A stretch of 64,000 nt of DNA, from contig CAMHFW010000001.1 of assembly GCA_946184675.1 (NCBI GenBank), forward strand, positions 14,822-78,821, in the 5' to 3' direction. The notes under the pieces were generated by a model that saw only the letters and a list, made by a program, of their open reading frames with translations, made no database searches and had not been told where the DNA came from. The DNA is from an uncultured Clostridia bacterium. Its GTDB lineage: Bacteria > Bacillota > Clostridia > Lachnospirales > Lachnospiraceae. The position numbers were made by a program, and so were the translations under genes. The stretch's first letter is position 1. Each line of letters starts with the position of its first letter. This document shows positions 52,825-61,745 of this stretch, piece after piece.

Positions 52825-54321
52825 TCAATGCACAACCCCTTTCATGACAGCATCCGCGGCCAATGTGGCCAGATCATACAGATGAGGGCCGAAGTTGGGA
52901 TTGATTCCCATGACAACGGATAAAACTCCGGTAATCATGATCGGAACCAGCATAAAAGGATTGGCCTCATGAAACTCTTTAAACTCGGTCTCTTTATTCT
53001 TCGGGAAGAAGGCGGTAAAGATGACCGGTACCAGGTAGCTGATACCCAGCATAGCACTGATCAGCAGAACAACTACATAAATCGGCATTCCGCCCTGAAT
53101 CGCGCCGCGAAGCAGGTTCCACTTGGAGACGAACCCGTTAAAGAAGGGTACGCCGATGATGCCGAAGGAACCGATGGCAAAGGCAATCATGGTAAAAGGC
53201 ATGGCCTTGCCGATTCCGTTCATCTGACTGACATTGTCTTTGTGGGCGGTAACAATAATCGCGCCGGCTACCATGAAGAGTGTAATCTTCATGAATGCGT
53301 GGGCAACAATCTGGAAAAAGGCACCGCGCATTCCCAGGCTGGTCAGCATGCAGGCTCCCAGTACTACATAGGAGAGCTGACCGATGGTCGAGTAAGCCAG
53401 TCTTCTCTTCAGATTATCCTGGCTGAAAGCAATCAGCGAGGATGCGATAATGGTCACGCAGGCAAATACTGCCAGAATCTGTGTCACTTTCAGTCCGGAC
53501 AGAACTTCCGGTCCGTATACATAGCCAATGATACGGATTACGCCGAAGGCACCTGCTTTAACGACTGCAACCGCATGAAGAAGGGCGGATACAGGGGTAG
53601 GCGCTACCATGGCGGAAGGCAGCCAGCCGTGCAGCGGCATCATGCCTGCCTTTACAGCGCCGGCTCCTACCAGGAGGAAGAAGACAACGCTCAGCATCAG
53701 CTTGGATCCCATGGAATCGTTCATGAAACCGCCTGCTACGAAATCAAGGGTTCCGCTCATGGCGTAAACAATGACGATGCCCACCAGCAGGAGCTGGCCC
53801 GGGATCAGGGTATATATCAGATATTTACGGCCGGAGAACTTGGCTTCGTCATTCCTCTCATGGAATACCAGGGGCCAGGTCGCGATCGTCAGCATTTCGA
53901 AAAATACGAAGAAAGTCAGAAGGTTTGCTGAGTAAGCAATACCGATTGCGGAGCAGATACAGATTGCGAAGAAGGCAAAGAAACCTGTCTGGTCTTTCTC
54001 GTGATGTCCTCTCATGTAGCCGATGGCGTAAAAAGCTACTACTACATAGAGGAAACTGGATACGCAGGCGAACAGTTCGCCGGCATAGTCAACTCTCAGG
54101 GTCAGGGAGAGCGTATCCGTCAGCGGGCAAAGTACAAATTCATATACATTGCCGGCTACCACGCCGCTGCTCATGGACAGGGCACAGATTGCCGCGCCAA
54201 CAGCCGCGATGATCGAAAATGCCTCACGGATGTTGGGCTTTTTGCCGCTGAAGAGGATCAGCAGACTTGCTACTAAAGGAAAGGCTACCGCCAGAAGGGG
54301 TCTGATATCAGTAACGATCAT
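52825..54321 (-). CDS. NuoL/M/N-MrpD-family antiporter-like subunit (copy 2, 498 aa)
   Basis: Polytopic. FFVFFEMLTIATW, LHGWLPSAMVAPTPVSALLHA and GQLSYV motifs. Confidence 0.88.
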   Translation of the reverse strand: MIVTDIRPLLAVAFPLVASLLILFSGKKPNIREAFSIIAAVGAAICALSMSSGVVAGNVYEFVLCPLTDTLSLTLRVDYAGELFACVSSFLYVVVAFYAIGYMRGHHEKDQTGFFAFFAICICSAIGIAYSANLLTFFVFFEMLTIATWPLVFHERNDEAKFSGRKYLIYTLIPGQLLLVGIVIVYAMSGTLDFVAGGFMNDSMGSKLMLSVVFFLLVGAGAVKAGMMPLHGWLPSAMVAPTPVSALLHAVAVVKAGAFGVIRIIGYVYGPEVLSGLKVTQILAVFACVTIIASSLIAFSQDNLKRRLAYSTIGQLSYVVLGACMLTSLGMRGAFFQIVAHAFMKITLFMVAGAIIVTAHKDNVSQMNGIGKAMPFTMIAFAIGSFGIIGVPFFNGFVSKWNLLRGAIQGGMPIYVVVLLISAMLGISYLVPVIFTAFFPKNKETEFKEFHEANPFMLVPIMITGVLSVVMGINPNFGPHLYDLATLAADAVMKGVVH

Positions 54322-55872
54322 TTAGAACACCCCCTTTAATGCAGTCTGTGCAACGAACTCTACAATCTGGCTGTTAAAGATACCCATAGCTACGATGCCG
54401 ATACCAAACACAACGATCGGAACCAGCATAACGGCCGGCACTTCCAGGAAATGCTTCTTGGCAGCTGCGCCGTCTCTCCTGGCCTCTTTGTCGAATCGGT
54501 CAGCCAGACGAGCCTCCGGAGCGATAAAGATCTTCTCCAGGACTCTCAGGAAATAGATGGCATTGAGCAGGGAGCTCAGTACCAGAACAGCCATGTAGAT
54601 ATACAGGTGCTTGTCCATGGCACCCATCATCAGATACCATTTACTGAAGAAGCCGCCTGTAGGAGGAATACCTACCATGGCAAGGGCTCCCATCGTAATG
54701 GTAAAGCAGGTGAAAGGCATTTTCTTGTGGAGCTGTCCGAACTGGTTGATATTGACAATACCGAACCGGTACTGGATGGCGCCGATGGCGAAGAAAAGTC
54801 CGCCCTTCATAAACAGATGGTTCAGGATATGCAGGTAGGATCCGGTCACGCCGTAGAGGTTGCCAATTCCGATACCCAGCGCAATATAACCGAGCTGGGC
54901 CACACTGGAGTAGGCCAGCATACGGCGGAAATCTGTCTGATTCAGAGCCATAACGGATCCGAAGATCATACCCAGGGCTCCCAGAATGCCAATCAGTCTC
55001 GTGGCATCAACGATTACCAGGTTCTGGACTCCGAAAATGAAGAAGAAGAACCGGATCATGGCCAGGGCCGGCACCTTACTCATGGCACCTGAAATCAGCG
55101 GTGATGCGCCCGGATGGGAATATGCGTACGCGTCAGGCTGCCATGCATGGAAGGGGAACTGGGCCATCTTGATGCCGAATGCGCCGATCAGAGATGCGCA
55201 TACCAGATACATCAGCGGGTTGTCCATCTGTGACTGAAGGAGCTCGCCCATATCCGCCATGTTCAGGGAACCTGTCATAGCATACATGAGACCGATGCCA
55301 AGCAGATAGAAGGAGGCACCGATCGTTCCGATCAGCAGATAACGGAAGGCTGCCGGAATGGAACGCTTGCCGCCGAGGGCAATCAGTCCGTAGCAGGACA
55401 GGGAGGAAATCTCCAGATAAACGTAAAGGTTAAATACATCTCCCGTGAGGGTCATGCCGACCAGACCAACCGTCAGCAGGGCGATCAGTGTGTAGTAGCC
55501 GCCCGACTGCAGCCATTCGCGGTCTTTTAAGAAACTCAGGGAATAAATGGAAGCGCACATGGCAATGAATGTGATAAAGCATGCCAGAAGCGCATTAATC
55601 GGATCTACATAGAACTCGATACCGATCGGGGCATCCCAGTTGCCCATAGCATAGCGGATCAGGTGGCCTTCAGCCTGCAGAACCTGGGCCGTCAGACCTA
55701 CTGCATCCAGAAATGCAAATACAAGTGACAGAATAACGACTGCCTTGCCAAGATTTTTATTGATCCTGCTCAGCAGAAGGCTCAGCAGGGCCGCGGAAAG
55801 CGGAACAACGACAGCAAGGACAGGCAGATGGTTCATTATCATAATAAGTAATACCTCTCGATCATGTCTCAT
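54322..55872 (-). CDS. NuoL/M/N-MrpD-family antiporter-like subunit (copy 1, ~506-516 aa)
   Basis: YVYLEISSLSCY, FHAWQPDAYAYSHPGASPLISG and AQLGYI motifs. The start is at 55872 (AAGGA RBS) or 55842. Confidence 0.88.
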   Translation of the reverse strand: MRHDREVLLIMIMNHLPVLAVVVPLSAALLSLLLSRINKNLGKAVVILSLVFAFLDAVGLTAQVLQAEGHLIRYAMGNWDAPIGIEFYVDPINALLACFITFIAMCASIYSLSFLKDREWLQSGGYYTLIALLTVGLVGMTLTGDVFNLYVYLEISSLSCYGLIALGGKRSIPAAFRYLLIGTIGASFYLLGIGLMYAMTGSLNMADMGELLQSQMDNPLMYLVCASLIGAFGIKMAQFPFHAWQPDAYAYSHPGASPLISGAMSKVPALAMIRFFFFIFGVQNLVIVDATRLIGILGALGMIFGSVMALNQTDFRRMLAYSSVAQLGYIALGIGIGNLYGVTGSYLHILNHLFMKGGLFFAIGAIQYRFGIVNINQFGQLHKKMPFTCFTITMGALAMVGIPPTGGFFSKWYLMMGAMDKHLYIYMAVLVLSSLLNAIYFLRVLEKIFIAPEARLADRFDKEARRDGAAAKKHFLEVPAVMLVPIVVFGIGIVAMGIFNSQIVEFVAQTALKGVF

Positions 55873-56344
55873 CCGGGTCCTTGCCCGTTACATCAGCAGT
55901 TTCTTCTTTTTCAGCTTCTTTTTCGGCTTCCGCCTCATCTGCCTCATCCGCAGACTCTTCTTTCTTTTTGCGGGCTTTGCCGCTGAGCAGATCGTCCTCT
56001 TCCACAGAGCCGTACTCCTCAGTCATACGCATCAGGAGCGCCAGAGCTACGCCTGTAGTACCAAGGCTTACAACGATCGCTGTCAGCATGAGCGCATGCG
56101 GGATAGGATTGAGATATCCGGAAGCTGCTTCCGTTACTCCGTCCAAAATAGGGATCACACCGCCCCTCTTCTGCGCAAAGCAGAGGAAGAAGAGGATAAC
56201 CGCTACCTGCATGACATTCATGCACATCATTTTTTTCATATAATTCTTACAGGTGATCATCCCGTAGACCGCAAGGAAAAACAGGATAAAGACCAGGCAG
56301 TAGATGCCTCTTGCTGCAAGAAAAGTGTTCACTGTTTCCAGCAT
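55862..56344 (-). CDS. MrpC/MnhC (NuoK-like) subunit with a ~50-aa charged C-terminal extension
   Basis: Three TM helices (GMITCKNYMKKMMCMNVMQVAVILFFL..., ALMLTAIVVSLGTTGVALALL), then EEDDLLSGKARKKKEESADEADEAEAEKEAEKEE. Confidence 0.8.
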   Translation of the reverse strand: MLETVNTFLAARGIYCLVFILFFLAVYGMITCKNYMKKMMCMNVMQVAVILFFLCFAQKRGGVIPILDGVTEAASGYLNPIPHALMLTAIVVSLGTTGVALALLMRMTEEYGSVEEDDLLSGKARKKKEESADEADEAEAEKEAEKEETADVTGKDPDET

Positions 56345-56362
56345 ATCAGGCCTCTCCTTTCT

Positions 56363-57178
56363 TTAATCCTTTTCCTCAAAGTCTTCACGTTTCAGCAGGG
56401 CTTCCATGATCCCTACGATGGTCATCATAACGCAGAGGGTAACACCCGCTTCGATCATAAAGATGCCCGCCTCGTGCAGGTGATGGTAACTGATCGGAAA
56501 CGGCATTGCGCCGTACTCCAGGAACATACCCCCGTTAAAGAGAGACAGCCATCCGGTAAATACATAGAAAAATGCGCCGATGCCGGCCAGCAGAACGGCA
56601 ACCGCTCCGGGAATCTTGAAGGAAGCTTTCTCGCCCTTCATCAGTCTTCCCAGCACCATACCGAGCGCCAGAACCGCGCCTGCCTGGAAGCCGCCGCCGG
56701 GGCTGGCTTCTCCCGCCGCCAGAACATACATGGCGTACATCATGGAAAACGGAACGATCAGTCTTGCGGACACATCAATGATGATGCCGCCGAAGGGATG
56801 ATTCATAATACCTTTCAGCTTACTGGTCTCCACAGGCCGGAGCAGTTCCGCTCCCATTACCTTCTCCGTAACATCGTATTTTCTCTTTTTCTGCTGATCC
56901 TTCTTCTGGTTCACTGCCAGCAGAAGGGTAACAACCAGGCCCGATACGAACATAACGGAAGTCTCGTACATGGTATCGTAGCCTCTGTAGTCAGCCAGCG
57001 TGCCGGATACGATATTGGGTGATGCCGTATCCTCTTCACTGTGTTCAATATAATAATCCGAAATGTGATTATTCGGTACAGACTGCGGGTCTCCAATCTC
57101 CGGCAGATATGCCGTGCCTGCGCAAAAGGCTCCGCACAGAATGATCAGGACCACCAGTGTCAGAATCTTATACTTCAA
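56363..57178 (-). CDS. MrpB/MnhB-type subunit (fused MbhE+MbhF-like)
   Basis: NIVSGTLADYRGYDTMYE (MnhB signature) and GEASPGGGFQAGAVLA (second MnhB-like half). Confidence 0.8.
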   Translation of the reverse strand: MKYKILTLVVLIILCGAFCAGTAYLPEIGDPQSVPNNHISDYYIEHSEEDTASPNIVSGTLADYRGYDTMYETSVMFVSGLVVTLLLAVNQKKDQQKKRKYDVTEKVMGAELLRPVETSKLKGIMNHPFGGIIIDVSARLIVPFSMMYAMYVLAAGEASPGGGFQAGAVLALGMVLGRLMKGEKASFKIPGAVAVLLAGIGAFFYVFTGWLSLFNGGMFLEYGAMPFPISYHHLHEAGIFMIEAGVTLCVMMTIVGIMEALLKREDFEEKD

Positions 57179-57194
57179 TGTCTGCTGCCCCCTC

Positions 57195-57437
57195 TCACTT
57201 ACAGAACCTGTTGACCTTCTTGAGGGCTACCGCGAAATAAACGGTAGACATGGTTCCGATAACAGCCTCTGTGAAGGCTACGTCGGGAGAACCGAAGAAA
57301 AGATAGGTCATTACTGCGCTGAAACTGAAGGCGCAGAAAAGGATCGTGACTGCAAAGAGGTCTTTATTAAAGATAATGCCGACCAGGATGCAAATCAGGA
57401 AAATAAGCAAAGCCGCCTCAAAAATCATTATCTGCAT
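57195..57437 (-). CDS. DUF4040 / MbhD-like subunit (equivalent to the MrpA C-terminal segment)
   Basis: 80 aa from the ATG at 57437. FGSPDVAFTEAVIGTMST matches the aPDvAlTEa motif of DUF4040. Confidence 0.7.
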   Translation of the reverse strand: MQIMIFEAALLIFLICILVGIIFNKDLFAVTILFCAFSFSAVMTYLFFGSPDVAFTEAVIGTMSTVYFAVALKKVNRFCK

Positions 57438-57462
57438 GATATCTCTCCACTCCCTACCGTAC

Positions 57463-57792
57463 TTATTTCTCAGTGTTCTCTTCCGGCTTGTCTCCTGCAA
57501 GCTTCATGGCAAATCCGGTCCGCCTTGCGGTACGTGTGATGATATGCGTACCGATCGGGTTGCAGACACATACCAGAAGGAAAAGCAGGACCAGCTTGAC
57601 CGACAGTATGTCAGCGCCTAAGAGCAGGATAAATCCGATACAGGTCATGCACAGGCCCATGGTGTCTCCCACGCCGGCCGCATGACAGCGCTGGAAGAAA
57701 TCAGGCAGCCTGTAAAAGCCGACAACTGTAGTCAGACAGCAAAGTGTTCCCAGAAACAGGAAGATAACCGCAAGAATCTCATTTATCTGCAT
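57463..57792 (-). CDS. MrpG/MnhG subunit
   Basis: 109 aa. FYRLPDFFQRCHAAGVGDTMG is the MnhG signature. Confidence 0.85.
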   Translation of the reverse strand: MQINEILAVIFLFLGTLCCLTTVVGFYRLPDFFQRCHAAGVGDTMGLCMTCIGFILLLGADILSVKLVLLFLLVCVCNPIGTHIITRTARRTGFAMKLAGDKPEENTEK

Positions 57793-58054
57793 CTTTCTTC
57801 CCTCCCAAGTACTTAGCTACTACGATATTGGAAACAAATCCGAGAATCGCATATGCAATAGCAATGTCGATATACATCTCGGGACGGCCGTCCTGGAAGC
57901 CGAAAACCACAATCAGGATCACAACATCGGAGTTGATCACCGCCAGAGCATTCATACGGTCATAGATGGATTTGCTCCGGACCATATGCAGGACCATCAG
58001 AAACAGAAATACAATCAGCGCTGCAAGAGCAATGATATAAAAAGTATTCATCAT
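57779..58054 (-). CDS. MrpF/MnhF subunit
   Basis: 91 aa with three TM helices. VRSKSIYDRMNALAVINSDVVILIV is typical of MnhF. Confidence 0.8.
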   Translation of the reverse strand: MMNTFYIIALAALIVFLFLMVLHMVRSKSIYDRMNALAVINSDVVILIVVFGFQDGRPEMYIDIAIAYAILGFVSNIVVAKYLGGKKDADK

Positions 58055-58620
58055 GACTTCTCCTGCACCTCCAGTACCTTAAAGTCTTCACTCTCATGAT
58101 AAAGCCCTGCCACCTTGCGGAGCATACCGCCGTCGATAATGCCCTGGGCTGCGCCCGGTGTCAGCGCGTGGATCTCAAAGACGCCCTCTTTGGTAAAGCT
58201 GAGCGTAATGGTTCCAGGCGTAAGGGTAATCGAATTGGCAAGAAGTGCCGCCGCGATCGGATTCTTCCAGTCAACCTGGAATCGAATCAGCTCCGGATGG
58301 ATCGGAAGGCCTGACTTCCAGACAGTCTTGGCCACATCGATGTTTGCCATCACAAGTTCCTTAAAAAGCCATACCATATAGGCAAGAAACTTCAAAATGG
58401 ACACATCAAGCAGGAAATGCTTCTTCCCGTCCCTGTCCTCAATCAGGAACAGAGGCATGCAGACCAGCCCTACCACAAAACATGACAGCAGACCAATGAT
58501 CACAAACTTTATGTGCAGAGTCGCGCTGATCAGCAAGTAAAATACAAACAAAATCACACAAAAACGCACATAATGAAAGACCGGGCTGCCAACAACGTCA
58601 GGATCTTTAAAAACCCTCAT
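58051..58620 (-). CDS. MrpE/MnhE subunit
   Basis: Two N-terminal TM helices, then ANIDVAKTVWKSGLPIHPELIRF...LANSITLTPGTITL (MnhE signature). The ATG at 58620 lies 9 nt after AAGGAG. Confidence 0.8.
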   Translation of the reverse strand: MRVFKDPDVVGSPVFHYVRFCVILFVFYLLISATLHIKFVIIGLLSCFVVGLVCMPLFLIEDRDGKKHFLLDVSILKFLAYMVWLFKELVMANIDVAKTVWKSGLPIHPELIRFQVDWKNPIAAALLANSITLTPGTITLSFTKEGVFEIHALTPGAAQGIIDGGMLRKVAGLYHESEDFKVLEVQEKS

Positions 58621-58863
58621 AGTGTCTCTCTCCTTTTGCCGCCTTCCCGCTTCCGATGCAGGAAAACCGCAAACCATGCTAAAGTCAACAAGTTACATAA
58701 TATATAAAATTTCTATAAAAAATATACCAGGATATTTTACAGCCATTTTATTATATCATAGATTGTTTAGATTTTGACACTTATATATGTATAAAATATC
58801 CGACATCCTTCATGTTCCGGTGACTCTTTCTTCCTTCTTTTCTTTTTTACGAATATTGAAGCA

Positions 58864-58901
58864 TAAAAAGAAGACCGCCTGTGCCAGGCACAAACGGTCT
58901 T
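58864..58901 (-). terminator. Rho-independent terminator after the Cys-Ala-tail protein gene
   Basis: On the minus strand: AAGACCGTTTGTGCC-T-GGCACAGGCGGTCTT (two G-U pairs), followed by CTTTTTATGC. Confidence 0.65.
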
Positions 58902-58923
58902 ATATGGCTTCTGCAGCCACTTT

Positions 58924-60198
58924 TTATTTTGCTGCCTCCTTCAGATACCGCAGCTTCAGGTCTGTCTGATAAAAGTCTTTCACAGAACATCCTGCTCTGC
59001 CGCCGCCGGCGCAGGCACATGCACAGGCGCATGCACAGGAGCTGGCACAGGCACATGAACTGCGATGGGAAGAGGCCCTGGATCCGGCTCCGCGGGATAC
59101 GCCTGATCTGGATCCGCCGCCGCGGGAGCCCGTATATCCTGAAGACCTGGGAACAGGAATCACATGTACATGCACGTAGGTGTTCGGAGAATGCGCATAA
59201 CGATACAATCCATCCGTTTTCTTTTCCCGTATCTCCTTCTCCTCAACAGGAATGTCTTTTTCTTCTATGAGCTCTTTGCTCTTGATAAAGCTCCGTCCGC
59301 AGTACTCGCAGTTATCCTTGCCTTCCGGCCGGGCCGCGCCGCAGCCCTGGCATACCGGATAGTATTCGATCTTGGTCCGGACGATTTTTTTCTGCCTGCT
59401 GCTGCCGAAATTCGCACCTCTCGAGTATTGCAGAATCCTGCTTACAATCAGGACAATCACCAGGATCGGCACGATCATTGAGATCAGAACGCCAATCAGC
59501 ACATAAACGGAATCGCTGTCACCGCCATTTCCCTCATATCCGCCGCTGTTCTGGAAAGACTTTGTCTCGTCGAAATAGAAGGCGTCATTGGGATAGGTCA
59601 CTTCCACCTGATACCGCTCTCCCTTCTGCAGAGAGCCGGTCCAGGTAAGATACCCTTCACTGTCCATCTCGCAGGCCGGACTCCAGCTAAGCGCCTTATT
59701 CCCATTCCAGCGGACCTTGATATGATCTATCACGATATCGTCAAACCAGCCGGGAGTAAACTGAAAGACCGTTTCCCCGTCTGTATAATGATTCATGTCA
59801 TACAGGTAATCCTGCACGACCTCAAAATCAAAGCTGACGACCTCATTTTCATAATAATTGCGGTCAAAGTCCACCCGGATATTGCTTCCGTAGGAAGAGG
59901 TATAAGAAATGTCGCGGATGCTGTCAGAAAGAGCCCGGTAGGAGACATAGTGCCCGTTGGGAATGCCGATCGTCACCCAGGAAAGGGGGCCTTCCGAATC
60001 CGAATCGAGAACCTTCCAGTCAATATGATACTGCAGGGTTACCGTCGCATCGTCATTCACTTCTGCCGTAATCTCATAGTTTTCAATCTCGTCCAGGTCT
60101 GCTGCATACGCGGGATGCGGAACGGCAAGCAGGAAAAGCAGGGAAATCACTATGCAGGCAAATACGGCAAGTCCTTTTCTATTTATTCTTGTTCTCAT
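58924..60198 (-). CDS. Single-pass membrane protein: signal peptide, extracytoplasmic beta-rich domain (DUF2207-like), TM helix, cytoplasmic zinc ribbon, Gly/Ser/Arg linker and a (Cys-Ala)n tail
   Basis: Signal peptide MRTRINRKGLAVFACIVISLLFLLAVPHPAYA. TM helix VYVLIGVLISMIVPILVIVLIV. Zinc ribbon CQGC...CEYC. Tail CACASSCACACACACAGGGRAGCS. The ATG at 60198 forms an ATGA overlap with the rSAM stop and follows GGAGGAG. Confidence 0.75.
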   Translation of the reverse strand: MRTRINRKGLAVFACIVISLLFLLAVPHPAYAADLDEIENYEITAEVNDDATVTLQYHIDWKVLDSDSEGPLSWVTIGIPNGHYVSYRALSDSIRDISYTSSYGSNIRVDFDRNYYENEVVSFDFEVVQDYLYDMNHYTDGETVFQFTPGWFDDIVIDHIKVRWNGNKALSWSPACEMDSEGYLTWTGSLQKGERYQVEVTYPNDAFYFDETKSFQNSGGYEGNGGDSDSVYVLIGVLISMIVPILVIVLIVSRILQYSRGANFGSSRQKKIVRTKIEYYPVCQGCGAARPEGKDNCEYCGRSFIKSKELIEEKDIPVEEKEIREKKTDGLYRYAHSPNTYVHVHVIPVPRSSGYTGSRGGGSRSGVSRGAGSRASSHRSSCACASSCACACACACAGGGRAGCSVKDFYQTDLKLRYLKEAAK

Positions 60199-61601
60199 TT
60201 CCCAACTCCTCCTTCCTCTTCCGCTGTTTTCACAGGTCTGATAATACGCAGGGGACACTCACAGAGCATAGCAGCGGAAAAATCACGCCGCTTTTTGCAG
60301 GTCTGACTGTTCCAGATCTTCTCCCAGTCGTCTTCCAGGAAATTGCCCAGGGCCTGGCCTGACAGCCAGCTCTGACAGGGAATGACATTTCCTCCCGGCG
60401 TAATCGCCATGTTGCTGAGGCAGGCCCCGCAATTTGGAGTCGCGATCCCCAGTTCTCTGCAAAAATCATCATCTGCCCAGCCGGGGGAAGTAAAACTAAT
60501 CTCCATGCCGTTTTCAAAGCAATAAGCCACTGCTTCCCGCAGAATCTCACGAATCTCTGCATTGGTCAGCTGCAGGCTTTCGGACCCTGCAAGCGCGGCA
60601 TTTCCCGTGGTGATCAGTCCGGAACAGGTTACAAAGCAGACACCGAGCTCATGCAGAAACCTCAAAGTGCTCAGATAATCCCGGTTCAAAGTGCAAAGAG
60701 GCGTATTGATGCTGACGCTCAGGCCTGCTGCAAGGGCATTCCGGATCCCTTTTACCGTATCCTGGTAGCGCGTGGCGCCAACCAGGCGGTTATGTACGGC
60801 TTCATCCGCCGAATAAAATGTAATCTGGACACTGTCCAGTGATGCGTCAAAAAGCTTGTCGCAATATTCCTCTGTCAGACGGATCCCGTTCGTGTTAAGC
60901 CTTGTCACAAACCATCTGGCGGCATCGATCAGTTCAAGCAGGTCCTCCCTCATGGTAGGCTCTCCTCCGGTAAAGGTCACCTGCGGGATCCCGATCTTCC
61001 GGCACTTTTCCAGAATCTGTTTCCAGGCCTCTGTATCCAGTTCCTGCTCCTCAGCGCCGTGCTGCCCGGCTGCATAGCAATGCACACACTGCTGATTGCA
61101 GTGCCAGCAGCCCTCTCTGGTCATGGCGCTCACCAGCAGATCCATCCGGTGCGGTGCCTTCATATAGGGGGCATACTCCCCGATGCTCATGTAAGCGATT
61201 TCTTCTTCCACCGGCTGCCCATAGGCGACTCTGGCAAAAGTGTCCATAATCTTATAGATATCTGCCGCAAGCCTTTTCCGGGAAACAAAGGGGTATACCT
61301 TTTTGACAGAGCTGCACGTATCCTGAACAATCTTTTCCGTGTCCTCTTTCGTCAGCTCTCTGCCGCTGTAGGGATTGATCTTTTCAATCAGTTCTGCCAG
61401 AAGGATCGACCAGGAAACATTGACAGGAAGGATATCCTGTCCGTTTATGATGGCCAGACTTGCAGAAATCTCCTGGTCCGTCACCTGCGGCGGGACCAGA
61501 TGAATCCGGACCACTCCCGGCCCCTCCGGGTTCAGCGTTGTATGATGTACCTCACCAAAATGCTCTCTTGCATATTGCAGTTCGCGCTTTGAAGCTTTCA
61601 T
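60195..61601 (-). CDS. Radical SAM enzyme with a ~165-aa N-terminal extension and a SPASM/twitch-like C-terminal Cys-rich domain
   Basis: CNQQCVHCY (CX3CX2C), GGEPTMR, NTNG. The C-terminal region is CGACLSNMAITPGGNVIPC...TCKKRRDFSAAMLCEC. The start is the ATG at 61601 or at 61613. Confidence 0.85.
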   Translation of the reverse strand: MKASKRELQYAREHFGEVHHTTLNPEGPGVVRIHLVPPQVTDQEISASLAIINGQDILPVNVSWSILLAELIEKINPYSGRELTKEDTEKIVQDTCSSVKKVYPFVSRKRLAADIYKIMDTFARVAYGQPVEEEIAYMSIGEYAPYMKAPHRMDLLVSAMTREGCWHCNQQCVHCYAAGQHGAEEQELDTEAWKQILEKCRKIGIPQVTFTGGEPTMREDLLELIDAARWFVTRLNTNGIRLTEEYCDKLFDASLDSVQITFYSADEAVHNRLVGATRYQDTVKGIRNALAAGLSVSINTPLCTLNRDYLSTLRFLHELGVCFVTCSGLITTGNAALAGSESLQLTNAEIREILREAVAYCFENGMEISFTSPGWADDDFCRELGIATPNCGACLSNMAITPGGNVIPCQSWLSGQALGNFLEDDWEKIWNSQTCKKRRDFSAAMLCECPLRIIRPVKTAEEEGGVGK

Positions 61602-61702
61602 AAGCCATCCCATCCTTTCTGCACAGAATTCCGGTATATTACGGAATTCACCTGCATTTCGCCCATATACTCATATCTTGTTTCTATTATAGCAGAAACT
61701 TA

Positions 61703-61745
61703 CACAAAAAATAGAGCGGAACAGTCAGACTGCTCCGCCCTTTTA
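61703..61745 (-). terminator. Rho-independent terminator after the BKACE gene; it insulates the rSAM operon
   Basis: On the minus strand: GCGGAGCAGTC-T-GACTGTTCCGC (61738..61716), followed by TCTATTTTTTGTGT. An extended -10, TGCTATAAT, follows for the rSAM gene. Confidence 0.7.

Noticed and set aside
58987-59055. The CACACA protein tail as a simple GCA/TGT DNA microsatellite artefact or frameshifted pseudogene end
   Set aside because: Codons alternate among TGT/TGC and GCC/GCA/GCG. The reading frame continues into a non-repetitive 19-aa end and a proper terminator, consistent with a genuine coding sequence.
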